Origin: Chlamydiota bacterium
GTDB taxonomy: Bacteria; Auribacterota; JACPWU01
Direction of reading: 5' to 3'
NCBI GenBank assembly: GCA_016196885.1
Contig: JACPWU010000011.1
Span: 90,001-122,000, forward strand
Length of the DNA stretch: 32,000 nucleotides
Positions within the stretch are counted from its first letter, which is position 1; each line of letters begins with the position of its first letter. The position numbers and the translations under genes are program-made. Positions 31,679-32,000 of this stretch are shown here, piece by piece. Below the pieces are notes generated by a model. That model had not been told where the DNA came from and searched no databases. It was given only the letters and a program-made list of their open reading frames with translations.

Positions 31679-32000
31679 ATGAATTTTCTAAGAAAAATCC
31701 TAGAAATAGTCCTTCTGATCATTTTAACTCAAATTACATCCGCATTTCCTGAAAGTCAAAATGAAAATACTGTTCCAAAAGAACCTTCACAAAATTCAAA
31801 TATTTCTATGACAGGAGCCGAGGTCTATGAATTTGCCTATGCAGAAGCGATTAAATGGAAGCCTGACGCCGCGTTAAGTGAGATAAGCACTTTCAGCCCT
31901 TTAGACACTTCCGGCAAATCGGCTGGATGGACGTTGAATTTCTGGTCCCCCTCGACCAAAGGCTGGAATTCTATCATGTTTATGAATGGGAAAATAAGCA
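31679..32000 (+). CDS. secreted protein of unknown function, 5' partial (runs off the window)
   Basis: AAGGAG lies 8 nt upstream of ATG 31679. Signal peptide MNFLRKILEIVLLIILTQITSA. The frame stays open to position 32000. It is not in the ORF track because it has no stop. Confidence 0.55.
   Translation, partial: MNFLRKILEIVLLIILTQITSAFPESQNENTVPKEPSQNSNISMTGAEVYEFAYAEAIKWKPDAALSEISTFSPLDTSGKSAGWTLNFWSPSTKGWNSIMFMNGKIS

Noticed and set aside
1-32000. Search for integrase, transposase, phage structural or conjugation genes that would explain the cassettes
   Set aside because: None of the tracked ORFs shows DDE, tyrosine or serine recombinase, or phage motifs that I can recognise, so no mobile_element feature was called.

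Overview
This is a moderately AT-rich bacterial chromosomal window. I found no rRNA, tRNA, CRISPR array, transposase or integrase. The backbone is respiratory and housekeeping: futalosine-route menaquinone genes (mqnE-mqnA-mqnC operon, a UbiD-family decarboxylase, a distant MqnD-like gene), a fused system-II cytochrome c maturation protein (CcsBA), a glycogen debranching enzyme, TldD/PmbA, a split transketolase, a HAD hydrolase and a PilZ protein. Between these sit many small accessory cassettes: DUF5678-like + retropepsin-like protease, a UPF0175-like gene with two tiny divergent ORFs, an orphan MNT nucleotidyltransferase, BrnT/BrnA, a DUF4143 AAA ATPase, a GxxExxY (PD-(D/E)XK-like) gene, AbiEi/AbiEii, and an HI0073/HI0074 NT-HEPN pair translationally coupled to a thioredoxin-like [2Fe-2S] ferredoxin. 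The best candidate for a new system is the + strand cluster at 12.6-16.5 kb. It encodes a secreted unknown protein, a Cyc2/Cyt572-like fused monoheme cytochrome-porin, a periplasmic monoheme cytochrome c and an ImcH-like membrane-anchored heptaheme cytochrome. It is divergent from ccsBA across a promoter with Fur-box-like repeats and is embedded among menaquinone genes, so it looks like a compact outer-membrane-to-quinone electron conduit. Other sequence-level observations: (1) a 43-bp perfect direct repeat shows the brnTA cassette sits in the 3' end of the UbiD-family gene, and the displaced original 3' end is still readable. (2) The GxxExxY gene splits tldD and pmbA and is flanked by inverted arrays of a 9-mer spaced about one helical turn apart. 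(3) A roughly 50-nt double-hairpin intergenic repeat occurs three times. (4) Three different GC-rich elements are each closed by a long inverted repeat. Functional calls come from motifs I recognised by eye; no database search was run.
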